Source: Squalus acanthias
Lineage: Eukaryota
DNA length: 64,000 bases
Direction of reading: 5' to 3'
NCBI GenBank assembly: GCA_030390025.1
Contig: CM059432.1
Coordinates: 119,724,001-119,788,000, forward strand
A program made the translations under genes and the position numbers. The notes beneath the pieces were generated by a model. It worked only from the letters and a program-made list of their open reading frames with translations. It did not search any database and was not told the origin of the DNA. How positions within the stretch are numbered: position 1 is the stretch's first letter; every line of letters starts with the position of its first letter. Below, piece after piece: positions 33,211-45,841 of the stretch.

Positions 33211-35869
33211 CAACAAAGTTTCACCCATTGTTCCGTTACATTTTTTCATGTCAGTCTTGGCTCCATTTTACCCTGGCTAGATCCTTTCGCATCCCATTGA
33301 AGTTAGCCCTATTCCAGTTTAGAAGTTCCACTCTAGATTGTTCCTTGCTCCTCTCCAATGCTAATCTAAATCTTATGATACGATGATCATTCGCACCCAA
33401 GTGTTCTCCCACAGACACTTGGTCGACCTGGCCCACCTCATTCCCCAGCACCAGATCCAGTTATGCCTCCTTCGTATTTGGGCCAAGGAAATTCTCCTGA
33501 ACACATTTCAGGAATTCCTCCCTCTCCTTTCCCTTTACCCTAGCATTATCCCAATCGATATTTGGGTAATTAAAATTCCCCCAATATCACCACTCTATAG
33601 CTCTTACATATCTCTGCGATTTCCCTTCAGATTTGCTCCTCTACCTCCCTCTCACTATTTGGAGGCCTATAGAATACCCCCAATAGTGTGATCATACCCT
33701 TTTTGCTCCTCAACTCTAACCAAATGGATTCTGTCCTTGTCCCCTCAAGAACATCCTCCCTTTCCAACACTACAATGTCTTCCTTAATGAGCACTGCCAC
33801 CCCACCTCCCTTTTTTCCTTCCCTATCTTTTCTGAACACCTTGTACCCTTGAATATTAAGTGCCCAGTCCTCACCATTTTTAGGCCACGTTTCCGTTATT
33901 GCCACAACATCATTTTGCCACATGGCTAATTGTGCTTGTAGCTCACCAACATTATTCACCACACTTTGTGCATTTACGTACATGCATTCTAAACCCATTT
34001 TTGACTTTTTCATAGTCTTTCTTAGTCTGCTCCTATCTAATATGGTACTATTACCGCCTCTAGTACTATCTTTTCTAGTACAACCAATACACTCACTCTT
34101 TTATGCACCTTATTCCTCTTTTCTACTCCTATATGCTGGTGCCCATCCCCCTGCCAAGCTAGTTTAAACCCTCCCCAACAGCACTAACAAACCTGCCTGC
34201 GAGATAATTAGTCCTGGCTCTGTTGAGGTGTAACCCGTCCGGCTTATACAGGTCCCATATTCCCCAGAAACGGTCCCAATGCCTTCGGAATCTAAAGCCC
34301 TCCCTCCTGCACCATCTCTCCAGCCACGCATTCATCTGTTCTATCCTCCTATTCCTGTATTCACTAGCACGTGGCACCGGGAGTAATCCGGAGATTACTA
34401 CCTTTGAGGTCCTGCTTTTTAATCTCTCTCTTAGCCTCCTAAACTCTGCCTGCAGGACCTCATCCCTCTTTCTGCCTATATCGTTGGTAACGATATGGAC
34501 AACGACCTCTGGCTGTTCACCCTCCCTGCTCAGAGTGTCCTGCAGCCGCTCAGTGACATCCTTGACCCTGGCACCAGGGAGGCAACATACCATCCTGGAG
34601 TCACATCTACGGCCGCAGAAACGCCTGTCTGCTCCCCTAACTATCGAATCCCTTACCACTATTGCTCTTCCACTCTTTTCCTCCCCCCCCCTGTGCAGCT
34701 GAGCCACTCGTGGTGCTGTGGACTTGACTCTGGCTGCACTCCCCAGAGGAACCATCGCCCTCATTGGTACTCAGAACAGAATACTGGTTGGAGAGCGCAA
34801 TGCACTCCGGGGACTCCTGCACCACCTGCCTGGTCCTCCTCTTCTGTCTGGCGGTCACCCATTTCCTCTCTGCCTGCATACTCTTAAGCTGCCTGCTATC
34901 CACGTAACTCTCAGCCTTGCAGATGCAGCGCAGTGACTCTAGCTGCCGCTCAAGCTCCGAAACCTGGAGCTCTAGTTGCTGTAGCTGTTGACACTTCCCG
35001 CACATGTGGTCGTCCAGGCTACGCGAAGCATCCAGGACTTCCCACATGGCACAGGATGTGCATGCCACGGGATTGAGCTGCCCTGCCATTCCTCTATTTA
35101 ATAGACTAAGAACTAACCCAGCAGAAATAAACTTAAAATTTACAAAAACCACTCACCAGCTACTCACCAATCAGCTCCTTCCCTTGTGCCGACGTCACTT
35201 TTTTTACACTGACGTCACTTTTTCAAAAACTGCCTCTGTTGAGTTGCTACCACTCAGGACTGCTCCTTTTAGCTGCTCCGCTCTCGTTGTGCTCCTACCA
35301 GGTCCGCGCCTTCCGGTCCGGATGTGATTGATGTATGTCTGATATGCTATGGTGCGTTTTCTGTAAGTGTGCATTCACAGACCTGTGATCGATTTGCTGC
35401 AGTGTTTATATTTGTATATATTCACAGGCCCATGATTGATTTGTATTTGGTTCTTTGTGCTCACATGATGTAGCTGGTAGATAAGCTCAAACAAAACCAT
35501 TCCCAGAAACTGAAAACCATCATACTGGACCCCTGATGTGCAGATGCGCATAAATAATAATTAATCTGGGTCAAACTCTGGAATTCCCAATGCTACAGTC
35601 TGCCTCAGCGCAATTGGGAAAAGTAAGGGAAAAATCGTACAGCGTTTCGACTTTTGATCAAATAATTGAAATCTGAAGACCTACATTTAGGAAACTTTGA
35701 GAATAAGTTCAGGCTATCAGGTTAAGTAAACTCAATTTTTGCATATGAAAATAAGTTATTTACAAAATAGTTAATTTCCTTTATGACTCAGAACATATCA
35801 TTCTAACCTGTTCAAAATGTGGAGAGTCGGGATGCGATGATCAGTGACTTTACACTAAGCATTAGTATG

Positions 35870-36182
35870 CAGTGTCGGAGATGTCGACTTTTAGATGAAA
35901 TGTTAAACTGAGCCTCTCAGCAGGGACATTAAAGATCCCCAGGCACTATTCGAAGAAGAGAATGGTGTTATGGCCAACATTTCTCATTCAACATTCATCA
36001 CTAAAAAACAAATGATCTGCTCATTTATCTCATTGCTGTTTATTGGACCTTGCTGCATGCAAATTAGTTGCTGTGTTTGCCTACATTACAAGAGTGACTA
36101 CATTTTAAAAGTAACTAATTCACTATGAAGCACTTTGGGACATCCTAAAGTAATAAAAGACGCTACATGAATGCAACTTCTT
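35870..36182 (+). mobile_element. Deu-domain-like SINE
   Basis: Same core as 6230 and 36205 copies. Confidence 0.6.
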
Positions 36183-36204
36183 TATTTGTTTATATTATTT
36201 CAAG

Positions 36205-36485
36205 TGAGACGTTAAACCGAGGCCCTGTCTGCTCTCTCAGGTGGACGTAAAAGATCCCAGGCACTATTTCGAAGAAGAGCAGGGAAGTTATCCCCGGTGT
36301 CCTGGCCAATATTTATTCCCCAACCAACATAACAAAAACAGATTATCTGATCATTATCTAATTGCTGTTTGTGTGATCTTGCTGTGGCCAAATTGGCTGC
36401 CGTGTATCCTACATTACAACAGTGACTACCCCTCAAAAGTAATTCATTAGTTGTAAAGCACTTTGGGACGTCCTGAGGTCGTGAA
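36205..36485 (+). mobile_element. Deu-domain-like SINE
   Basis: ttaaaccgaggccctgtctgc...ggcactatttcgaagaagagcaggg core. Confidence 0.6.
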
Positions 36486-37616
36486 CGGACTCTGCTAAGA
36501 CAGGAGAGCTTTCTAAAGAAAAACTAAATCTGAAAAATCTGTTAATTAAGGAATGATGGGATAACAATGAGGAATGGATTCAAAAAGCTCTGAAAAGCAT
36601 CCTCTACAGTCACGAAAGAAAGAATTTGCATCTACATAGCACCTTTTATGTCCTCAGGATGTCCGAAAGTGCTTCACAGCCAATGAAGTACATTTAAAGT
36701 GTAGTAAATGTTTTTATCAAGTAAAACAAGGCAGCCAAAATGCACATAGCAGGTCCCTAAAAACAGCAATGACATAAGTTTTTTTATTCGTTCATGGGAT
36801 GCATTTATTGCCCACCCTTAATTACCCTTGAGAAGGTGGTGGTGAGCTGCCTTCTTGAACCGTTGCAGTCCGTGTGGTGAAGGTACTCCCATAGTGCTGT
36901 TAGGAGTTCCAATATTTTGACCCAGCGACGGAACGACGATGTATTTCCAAGTCAGGATGGTCTGTGACTTGGAGGGGAACTTGGAGGTGATGGTGTTCCC
37001 ATGCATCTGCTGCTGTTAGTCCTTCTAGGTGGTAGAGGTCATGGGCTTATGAGATGCTGTCAAAATATGTTAGGGGGAATTAAATACGTGGGGTTACGGG
37101 GGTAGGGTGGGATATGTGTGCTGTGGGGATTAAAGCAGGGACAGGGTACTGGATTTGAATGATCAGCCATGATCGTATTGAATGGTGGAGCAGGCTCGAC
37201 GGGCCGAATGGCCTATAGATGCGACACACTGCAGCCATGGTGCATCGGTGGTGGAGGAGTGAATGTTTTAAGGTGGTGGATGGGGTGCCAATCAAGTAGG
37301 CTGCCTTGTCCTGGATATTGTTGAGCTTCTTGAGTGTTGTTGGAGCTGCACTCATCCAGGCAAGTGGGAAGCATTCCATCACACTCCTGACTTGTGCCTT
37401 GTAGGTGGTGGAAAGGCTTTTGGGAGTCAGGAGGTGAGACACTCACTGCCGAATTCCCAGCCTCTGACCTTCTCTTGTAGCCACAGTAATTATGTGTCTG
37501 CTTTGGTTAACTTTCTGGTCAATGGTAACCACCAGGATATTGACGGTGGGGATTTGGCGATGGTAATGCCGTTGAATGACAAGGGGAGGTGGTTAGACTC
37601 TCTCTTGTTGAAGATA

Positions 37617-38140
37617 AAAGTGAGAAGTTGCACAACACCAGGTTATAGTCCAACAGTTATTTGAAATCACAAGCTTTCGGAGCGCTGCTCCTTCGTCAGG
37701 TGAAGTAAAGGAATACAAATCGACAAAGCATATATAGACAGAGAACAATGCATGTGAAGCGTACAATGGCAGACAACTACATTTAATCCTCCTGACTGCC
37801 TTTTGTCACACCTCGGCAGATAAACAATCAGGTCAGCCAGGAAGGCACCACATCAAAGACTTTGATGTGGTGCCTTCCTGGCTGACCTGATTGTTTATCT
37901 GCCGAGGTGTGACAAAAGGCAGTCAGGAGGATTAAATGTAGTTGTCTGCCATTGTACGCTTCACATGCATTGTTCTCTGTCTATATATGCTTTGTCGATT
38001 TGTATTCCTTTACTTCACCTGACGAAGGAGCAGCCGCTCCGAAAGCTTGTGATTTCAAATAAAACTGTTGGACTATAACCTGGTGTTGTGCGACTTCTCA
38101 CTTTTGTCCACCTCGGTCCAACACCGGCATCTCCACATCA
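37617..38140. mobile_element. Penelope-like pLTR insertion forming a long inverted repeat
   Basis: Arms ~37616-37858 and 37860-38105; TSD ttgttgaagata at 37605-37616 and 38141-38152; cctgacgaaggagc...gctccgaaagctt pLTR signature. Confidence 0.85.
38015..38055 (+). ncRNA. Minimal hammerhead ribozyme core (mirror copy on minus strand at ~37668-37704)
   Basis: CTGACGA-A-GGAGC-AGCC-GCTCC-GAAA-GCTT. Confidence 0.65.
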
Positions 38141-38569
38141 TTGTTGAAGATAGTCATTGCCTGGCACTTGTGTGGCACAAATGTTACTTGCCACTTATCA
38201 GCCCAAGCCTGAATTTTGTCCAGGTCTTGCTGCATGTGAGTTGTGAATGGAACTGGACACTGTGCAATCATCAGCGAACATCCCCACTTCTGGCCTTATG
38301 TTGAAGGGAAGTTCATTGCCGGTGGGACAGGACAAACCCAGGGATGGTGATGGAGGAGTCTGGGACATTGGCTGAAAGGTATGATTCTGTGAGTATGAGT
38401 CAGGCTGTTGTTTGACTAGTCTGTGGGACAACTCTTCCAATTTTGGCACAAATCCTCAGATGTTAGTTCGGAAGACTTTACAGATTTGATTGGGCTAGAT
38501 ACGCCATTGTCGTGCCTGAAGCCGGTGCCAAGGTCGATGCCGGGTGGTCCATCCGGTTTTATTCTTATT

Positions 38570-38890
38570 CACAGAATCACAGAATCCCCACAGTGCAGAT
38601 AGAGGCCATTTCGGCCCATCGAGCCTGCACCGACACATATCTCACCCTATCCCCGTAACCCCACGTATTTAATCCCCCCTAACACTAAGGGTCAATTTAT
38701 CATAGCCAAATCAACCTAACCCGCACATCTTTGGACTGTGGGAGGAAACCGGAGCACCCGGAGGAAACCCATGCAGACACGGGGAGAATGTGCAAACTCT
38801 ACACAGACAGTCACCCGAGGCCGGATTCGAACCCGGGTCCCTGGCGCTGTGAGGCAACAGTGCTAACCACTATGCCACCGTGCTGCCCCC
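38570..38890 (-). mobile_element. HE1-like tRNA-derived V-SINE
   Basis: Head ggcagcacggtggcatagtggttagcac (A box), gggttcgaatcc (B box), V-domain gggtttcctccgggtgctccggtttcctcccaca, (ATTCTGTG)n tail. Confidence 0.85.
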
Positions 38891-39354
38891 TATTATTATA
38901 CTTTGTCGTAGCCGTTTGATACAATTGAGTGGCTTGCTGGGCCATTTCAGAGGGCAGTTAAGAGTCAACCACATTGCTGTGGGTCTGGAGTCACATATAG
39001 GCCAGACCAGGTAAGGACGGCAGAGTTCCTTCCCTAAAGGAACCAGATGGGTTTTATTGACAATCCAGTAGTTTCATGGTCACCATTACTGATACTAGCT
39101 CTTTATTCCAGATTTATTTAAATAACTGAATTTAAAATACCCATTGAACTCACGTCTCTGGTTCATTAGTCCAGGCTTCTGGATTACTAGTCCAGTAACA
39201 TAACCACTATGCTGCCATACCCTACCCATCTCAGGAAGGATATATAGTGAAACCTGTCTAAACACTCTCAAAAACAGATGACAACAACAACAACTTGTGT
39301 TTATATACCACCTTTAACATAGTAAAATATCCCAAGGCACTTCACAGGAATATT

Positions 39355-40097
39355 GGCCCAAAAATTAGTGCCTGCTACGCGAGAGTACGCACTGCGTACT
39401 CTCGTGTATTCTGTCTCCAATTGCCGGTTTTCTGCATGCACTGCGCATGCGCTGAAAACCGGCACTTGGTGAATGGAAAAGGGGGCGGGTCCTAGGTGAA
39501 CCGCGTGCGCGCTACAGGCTGCGCGCACGCAGTGCACTTAGTGGTTTCAACGCGCAGGTAAGTACGGAAGATTCTACACATAAAAAAAGGAGGAGTAAGA
39601 CCCACTTTTAACAAGGTAAGTAGTGAATTAAGTATTATTTTGAATTTTTTTTAACAGGTATATCTTTTTTAGAGACTTTAAAGACAGGTAAGTTTATTTT
39701 TATAACTTTTTAAAAGATTTTAAATTTTTTCAAAAATGTAATTTTTTATTTAAAATGGTTAATTTATTTAACTATACTTATTTTATTAATGTGATGGTTT
39801 TTTTTTAATTTAATTGAGGTTTAGCGGTTCTTTTGGGGGGCTATAGTATTCATAACTTTCACAGCACTTATGTGAAAGTTATGAATGGAAGATGGTGTGC
39901 TGCCATTGGCTCTAACTGAGTCACGTGATCCCACAGCTCGCACGAATTAACTACGCCGGTGGGATACGCAAGCCCAGCACAGCAGCTGTCCAGAACATCA
40001 AGTTCGTGCGAGCTGGAACTGAAAAAGCCAACGCGCAGTGAGAGATCACGGGGAGGCCTTACCCTCGCACGAAGGCTTCCTCACGAATTTTTGGGCC
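39355..40097. mobile_element. Harbinger-type MITE
   Basis: TIRs GGCCCAAAAATTAGTG / CACGAATTTTTGGGCC; 3-bp TSD ATT; AT-rich core. Confidence 0.85.
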
Positions 40098-43000
40098 ATT
40101 AAGACAAAACATAGGAGCATCGGAAGACAGGTACAGGAGTAGGCCATTCAGCCCCTTGATCCGCCATTCGATAAGATCTTGGCTGATCTGTGACCTAACT
40201 CCATACACGCACCTTTGGCCCATATCCTTTAATACCTTTGGTTAACAAAAAGCTATCAATCTCCGATTTAAAAAGAACAATTGATCTAGCATCAATTGCC
40301 ATTTGTGGAAGAGAGTTCCAAACTTTTACCACCCTTTGTGTGTAGAGTGTTTCCTAATTTCACTCCTGAAAGGTCTGGCTCTAATTTTTAGACTATGCCC
40401 CCTAGTCCTAGAATCCCCAACCAGCGGAAATAGTTTCTCTCGATCTACCCTCTCTGTTCCCCTTAATATCCTGAAAACTTCGATCAGATCACCCCATAAT
40501 CTTTTAAATTCCAGGGAGTATAACCCTAATTTGTGTAATCTCTCCTCGTAACTTAACCCTTGAAGCTCGAGAATCATTCTGGTAAACCTACGCTGCACTC
40601 CCTCCAAGGTCAATATATCCTTCCTAAGGAGTGTTGCCCAGAACTGCTCACAGTACTCCAGGTGTGGTCTAACCAGGGTTTTGTATAGCTGCTGCATAAC
40701 TTCTACCCCCTTGTATTCTAGTCCTCTAGATATAAAGGCCAGCATTCCATTAGCCTGTTTGATGATTTTCTGTACCTGTTCATGACATTTTAATGATCTG
40801 TGTACCTGAACCCTCAAGTCTCTTTGGACATCCACTGTTTTTAGCTTTTCACCATTTAGAAAGTACCCTGTTCTATCCTTTTTAGGTCCAAAGTGGATGA
40901 CCTTGCATTTGCTTACATTGAAATCCATTTGCCACAGTTTTACCCATTCATTTAATCTATCAATATCCCTTTGTAATTTTATGCTTTCATCTACACTGCC
41001 TACAATGCCACCTATCTTTGTGTCATCGGCAAATTTGGACATATGACTTTCTATGCCATCATCTAAGTCGTTAATAAATATTGTGACTAGTTGAGGCCCC
41101 AACACAGGTCCCTGTAGGACACCACTACTCACATCCTGCCAAATTGAGTACCTACCCATTATCCCTACTCTCTGTCACCTGCCGCTCAGCCAATTTCCTA
41201 ACCAGGTCAATAATTTGCCCTCAACTCTGTGGACTTCTACCTTAGCTAACAGTCTCTTAAGTGGGACTTTATCAAATGCCTTCTGGAAGTCCATATAAAT
41301 AACATCTATAGACATTCCCCTATCCACTACTTTAGTCACCTCTTCAAAAAATTCTATCAGGCTCGTCAGGCATGACCTACCTTTCACAAATCCATTCTGG
41401 CTCTCTCTGATCAACTGAAAATTTTCAAGGTGTTCAGTCACCCTATCCTTAATTATAGACTCTAGCAATATCCCGAAAACAGATGTTAGGCTAACTGGTC
41501 TATAATTCCCTGGTTTCTCTCTCTCGCCATTCTTAAAAAGCACAGTGACATGTGCAATTTCCCAATCTAAAGGATGGTTCCTGAATCTAGAAAACTTTGG
41601 AAGATTATAGTTAGGGCATCTGCAATGTGCTCACCTACTTCCTTTAAAACCCTGGGAAGGAAACCATCTGGCCCTGGGGATTTGTCACTCTTTAGTGCCA
41701 TTATTTTCTTTATTACTGTTATTTTACCTACATTAATTTTATTGAGTCCCTGTCCCCGATTCAATATTAGTTTCTTTGGGATTTCCAGCTTGCTATCCTC
41801 TTCTTCTACTGTAAATACCGACGCAAAGTAATTATTCAACATGTCTGCCATTTCCCCATTGTCATTGACAATATCGCCGCTTTCAGTTTTTAAGGGGCCA
41901 ACATTGCTCCTGACCACCCTCTTTCTCCTAATGCAACTATAAAAATTCTTCGTATTGATTTTGATATCCCTGGCAAGTTTATTTTCATACTCCCTTTTTG
42001 TAGCTCTTATTTTCTGTTTTGTGATCCTTTGCTGTTCTTTGTATCTTTCCCATTCACCAGGATCTGTGCTATTTTTTGTATTTTTGTATGCCCTTTCCTT
42101 TAGTTTTATGCTGTCCCTTACCTTTTTTGTTGTCCATTCCTGTTTTTTTTGGCAAGTCGAGCTCTTGCCCCTCAGGGGTAAAAACTGGTTCTGTATCACA
42201 TTAAATTCTTTTTTAAACATCTCCCACTGATCTTCTCTCATTTTACCCATTAACAGATTTGCCCAGTTTACTTGAAGTCGGCTTTACCTAAATCTAGAAT
42301 CTTAGCAGCTGTTTCGTGTTTCTCTCTTTCAAACGGTTACTTTAAACTCGATCATGTTATGATCGCTATTGCATAAATGTTCACGCACAGTTAGGCTGTT
42401 AACTAAATCTGGCTCATTACTCATTACTAAATCTAATATGGCTTGCCCCCTTGTTGCCTCCAGGACGTATTGTTGTAGAAAACTATCCTGGACACACTTA
42501 AAAATTCACTACCTTTCTGACAGGTGCTAGTCTGCTTTTCCCAATCTATATGAAAGTTAAAATCCCCCATTAAAACCACTCTACCTTTACTACACGCTTG
42601 TCTAATCTCTGCATTTATACAATTTAGCACTTCAGAGCTGTTACTAGGGGGCCTATACACAACATCCACTACAGTGTTAGATCCTTTCGTACTTCTTAAT
42701 TCAACCCATAATGTCTCCACTGGCTGCTTACCTCTCTTTAAATCCTCTCTTATCATTGAAGTGATTTCATCCCTAATCACTAAGGCTACTCCTCCCCCTC
42801 TGCCATTTTCCCTATCTGTCCTGTAGACCTTATAACCTGGTATATTTAGTTCCCAGTCCTGACTGTCCTGCAGCCATGTTTCAGTAATGGCTACCATGCC
42901 ACACCCTCCAATTTGAATTCACACCTGCAGTTCATTCAATTTATTCCTTATACTCCGTGTGTTTGTATAAAGAATGCTTATTAGGGCCACACACCCTAGC

Positions 43001-44167
43001 CTGTCCTTCAGCTCTGATGCTTTATTCACATGTTTCTTATTTCTGTCTCCTCATTTAATCACTTTACATCTTTTAGTTTTTCCTTTACCTGTAATGCCTA
43101 AAGCACAATTTCTGACTGCTACTCTACTCTCTACCCTTTCATTTGTTTTTGAAATACTATTTGTATTGTCATTTCCCCCTCAGCCTTCCCCCCATTTACT
43201 AGTTTAATGTCCTTGTGACTGCCCTATTTATCCTTTCTGCAAGGACCCTGGTCCCAGACCGGTTAAGGTGGAGCCCGTCCCAATGGTACAGTTCCTTCCT
43301 ATCCCAATACTGGTGCCAGTGCCCCATGAAATGGAACCCCTCTTTCCCACACCACTCCTTTAGCCACGTGTTTACCTCCCTAATCAGCTTATCTCTACGC
43401 CAATTTGCACGTGGCTCCGTTAATAATCCAGAGATTATAACCCTTGAGGTCCTGTTCTTTAATTTAGCTTCTAGTTCCTGGTACTCCCCAAACAGGGCCT
43501 CTTGCCTATTCTTCCCTATGTTGTTGATCCCAACATGGACCACAACGACTGGATCCTCCCCCTCCCTCTCCAATATCCTTTCAAGCCAGTTCCAGATGTC
43601 TCTTACCCTGGCACCAGGTAGGCAACATACTATGTGGGACTCTCGATCTTGCTTACAAAGGATGCTATCTGTCCACCGAATTATACAATCCCCTACAACT
43701 ACCACATTATGCTTCCTCTCCTCCTCCTCCTCCTCCCCCCTTAGGACAGCCTACTGCTCCAAGGTGCCATGTTCTGCATTCTGGCAGTCCTTCCGACAGT
43801 CTTTATCCTTATCCTCACAGGTAGCAAGTACATTGTACCTATTTGATATGATCAGTTTCTGAGGATCCTCGTTCCCTTCCTTACCTGGGTTCCCCTTACT
43901 TTGCACACTATCGGTCACAACAACCCCGTTCTGATCCTGCACCTCTCTACTAGGTGTGACCGAAGTCTGGAGCAAACTGTCCAGATACTCCTCCCCCTTA
44001 TGTGTCGGAGTGTCTCCAACTCGCACTCCAGCTCAATGACTCTGAGCCGGAGAGATTCGAGATGGAGACATCTCCTGCAGATGTGTTCACTCGCGACAGT
44101 CTCGCCGTCCACAAACTCCCACATACTGCAGTCCAGACACACAACCTGCCCTGCCATATCTTAGTCT

Positions 44168-45837
44168 TGTAGAATTCGCAATATATCGCGATTTGATTAA
44201 TGAGGAGAAAACACAAAGTTTCGTTCAAACAGCTTTTATTTCAGCAGAATGCTGGCAGGTTTAAATTGGACACAAGCAGCCTGTAAAATGGCCGCCGCAC
44301 CTCGTGACAGAACATTCTAGACTTTTCAACAGGCAGACAAGATGGCGTTCCAATAAACATTTGTGCAAGATCGATAACGATTCAGCACAGTGAAGATAAT
44401 ACACGAGACATTATGGGTTTGCAGTATAAACACAGATACTGGAATCGGTCTCCCAGGTACAAAGGAAAGCCATTGTACCGAGTAATCAAGGGCCCATCCA
44501 AAAGACATTAATATGTAAATCCCAACGACTCTACGATGAGAGAGCCGTTAGCAGGTAGTTATACAGGACACTTGGAAGCCCCAAACCCCTCCAGGGAGAA
44601 CACCGACCGATTTAACAATGGGAGAAATATTAACAGGCACTCAGACATTTATGAGTAGCCCCGAAACCCATTAAGAACGGAGATCACCCATACAAGACAT
44701 TTGGGCGCCAAACCCTAAACAAAAGAATGGACATTATAGTTGGGCGGGAAACGGAAGATTTTTGCACTATAATTGCAGGCTCCAAACCGTCCATTCTCTC
44801 TCTTGCTCTTGCATTCGCTCGCTTGCTCCTGTGTTTTATCCGGTCGATTCGTAACCTCGTGGCTGCTCCTGTGTACTCGTAGTTGGGCTTCTGCTTGCCC
44901 GTTGCCTCTTCTGAAAAGACTGTTGAACTTTCTGATCCGTTCGGATCTACCTCGTGTCGCGTAACGAAGACCTATGTTGGTAACTGGCAGCGGAACCAAA
45001 GGCCCGAGATGAGATGAGATGAGATGAGATGAGAGGAGAAGAGAGGAAGACCATATCCATCGCCACGGTCAGTAAATCCCGACCGCGCCTGTAGGTCGAT
45101 CAGCCAAGTTTTCCTCGCCAGGAAGATTTCTATTTTGAACTTTTAACAAAACATATTGCATCGACGATAACGGGACTGTGTCTAAGAAGACTGGTACGTG
45201 AAACCAACCAACAGAGATCTTCATCACAGCAGACGGTCCAGCCTACTAGCCGGAGCAGCAGAAGCAAGTAAACAAGTGGGACCAGGAGATCTCCTGACCG
45301 ACACGTGGGTGCTGCGGTGAAAAACATCCGATCAGCTATTCGGAATTTCTCCGAGTTATCACGAGTGGTGAGCATGAGTCTCGAGATCCTACGAAGCTAG
45401 TTTAGGATAGATATTGATAGGGGAGGGTTTAAGGATTAAGGATATTTGTAATGTGTGCCCCTATTTACTTTGTGCCGTTCGTTCCTCGTTTCCCTAAGAT
45501 CGACTATATAACTGTTTGTAAGATTGTACTGTCATTAATCTGTGCTTATGACATGTATTTCATAATTTTAAGTATCATGCAATAAAGATTTTCCATTTCG
45601 TACCATTCAAACCAAGTCTACATGAGTTTTATCTCCATTACTGCTCTCGCATCTAAGTCCAGTGTCTAGAACCGTAAGGGAGAGTGATTCGAACCGCTCA
45701 CAGGTGTGTCTAGTGTTCCCAGACTGGCTGGAGACCAGAACAGGCAACCAGGCCTAGACCCGCACTGACATACAGGCTGCACAGAGCCGCGTGAATCTCA
45801 CAGGCTGCGAGACACGCAGGGTCAGGAATCCCTTACA
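44168..45837 (+). repeat. 5' LTR
   Basis: TGTAGAATTC...CCCTTACA; (GAGAT)n at ~45006-45032; AATAAA at 45581. Confidence 0.97.
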
Positions 45838-45841
45838 GAAA

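Larger units (their letters stand above)
29811..35330 (-). mobile_element. Near full-length decayed CR1 LINE (ORF1 ~34159-35089, broken ORF2), carrying nested CR1 and L2 pieces
   Basis: ORF1 CTSCAMW zinc motif and esterase DGLHLN; ORF2 fragments AITETW, SPGPDG, YRPVSLTS, GVPQGSVLGP; 3' end at 29811-29905 resumes at ~31019. Confidence 0.9.
36780..39225 (-). mobile_element. Internally deleted CR1-group non-LTR element with tRNA-like 5' end, with nested Penelope and HE1 insertions
   Basis: EN N-terminus (ILTESYL...IPGF) joined to RT MFADDCT; KAQVRSVMEC..LAW C-terminus; tRNA-like head near 39160-39225; continuity of the head inferred. Confidence 0.6.

Noticed and set aside
38820..38890. tRNA gene
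   Set aside because: A/B boxes belong to the SINE head and continue into the V-SINE body
45791..45841. 17-aa N-terminal Gag extension from a GTG in U5
   Set aside because: Non-ATG start inside the LTR; a 1-bp indel breaks this frame in the tandem copies
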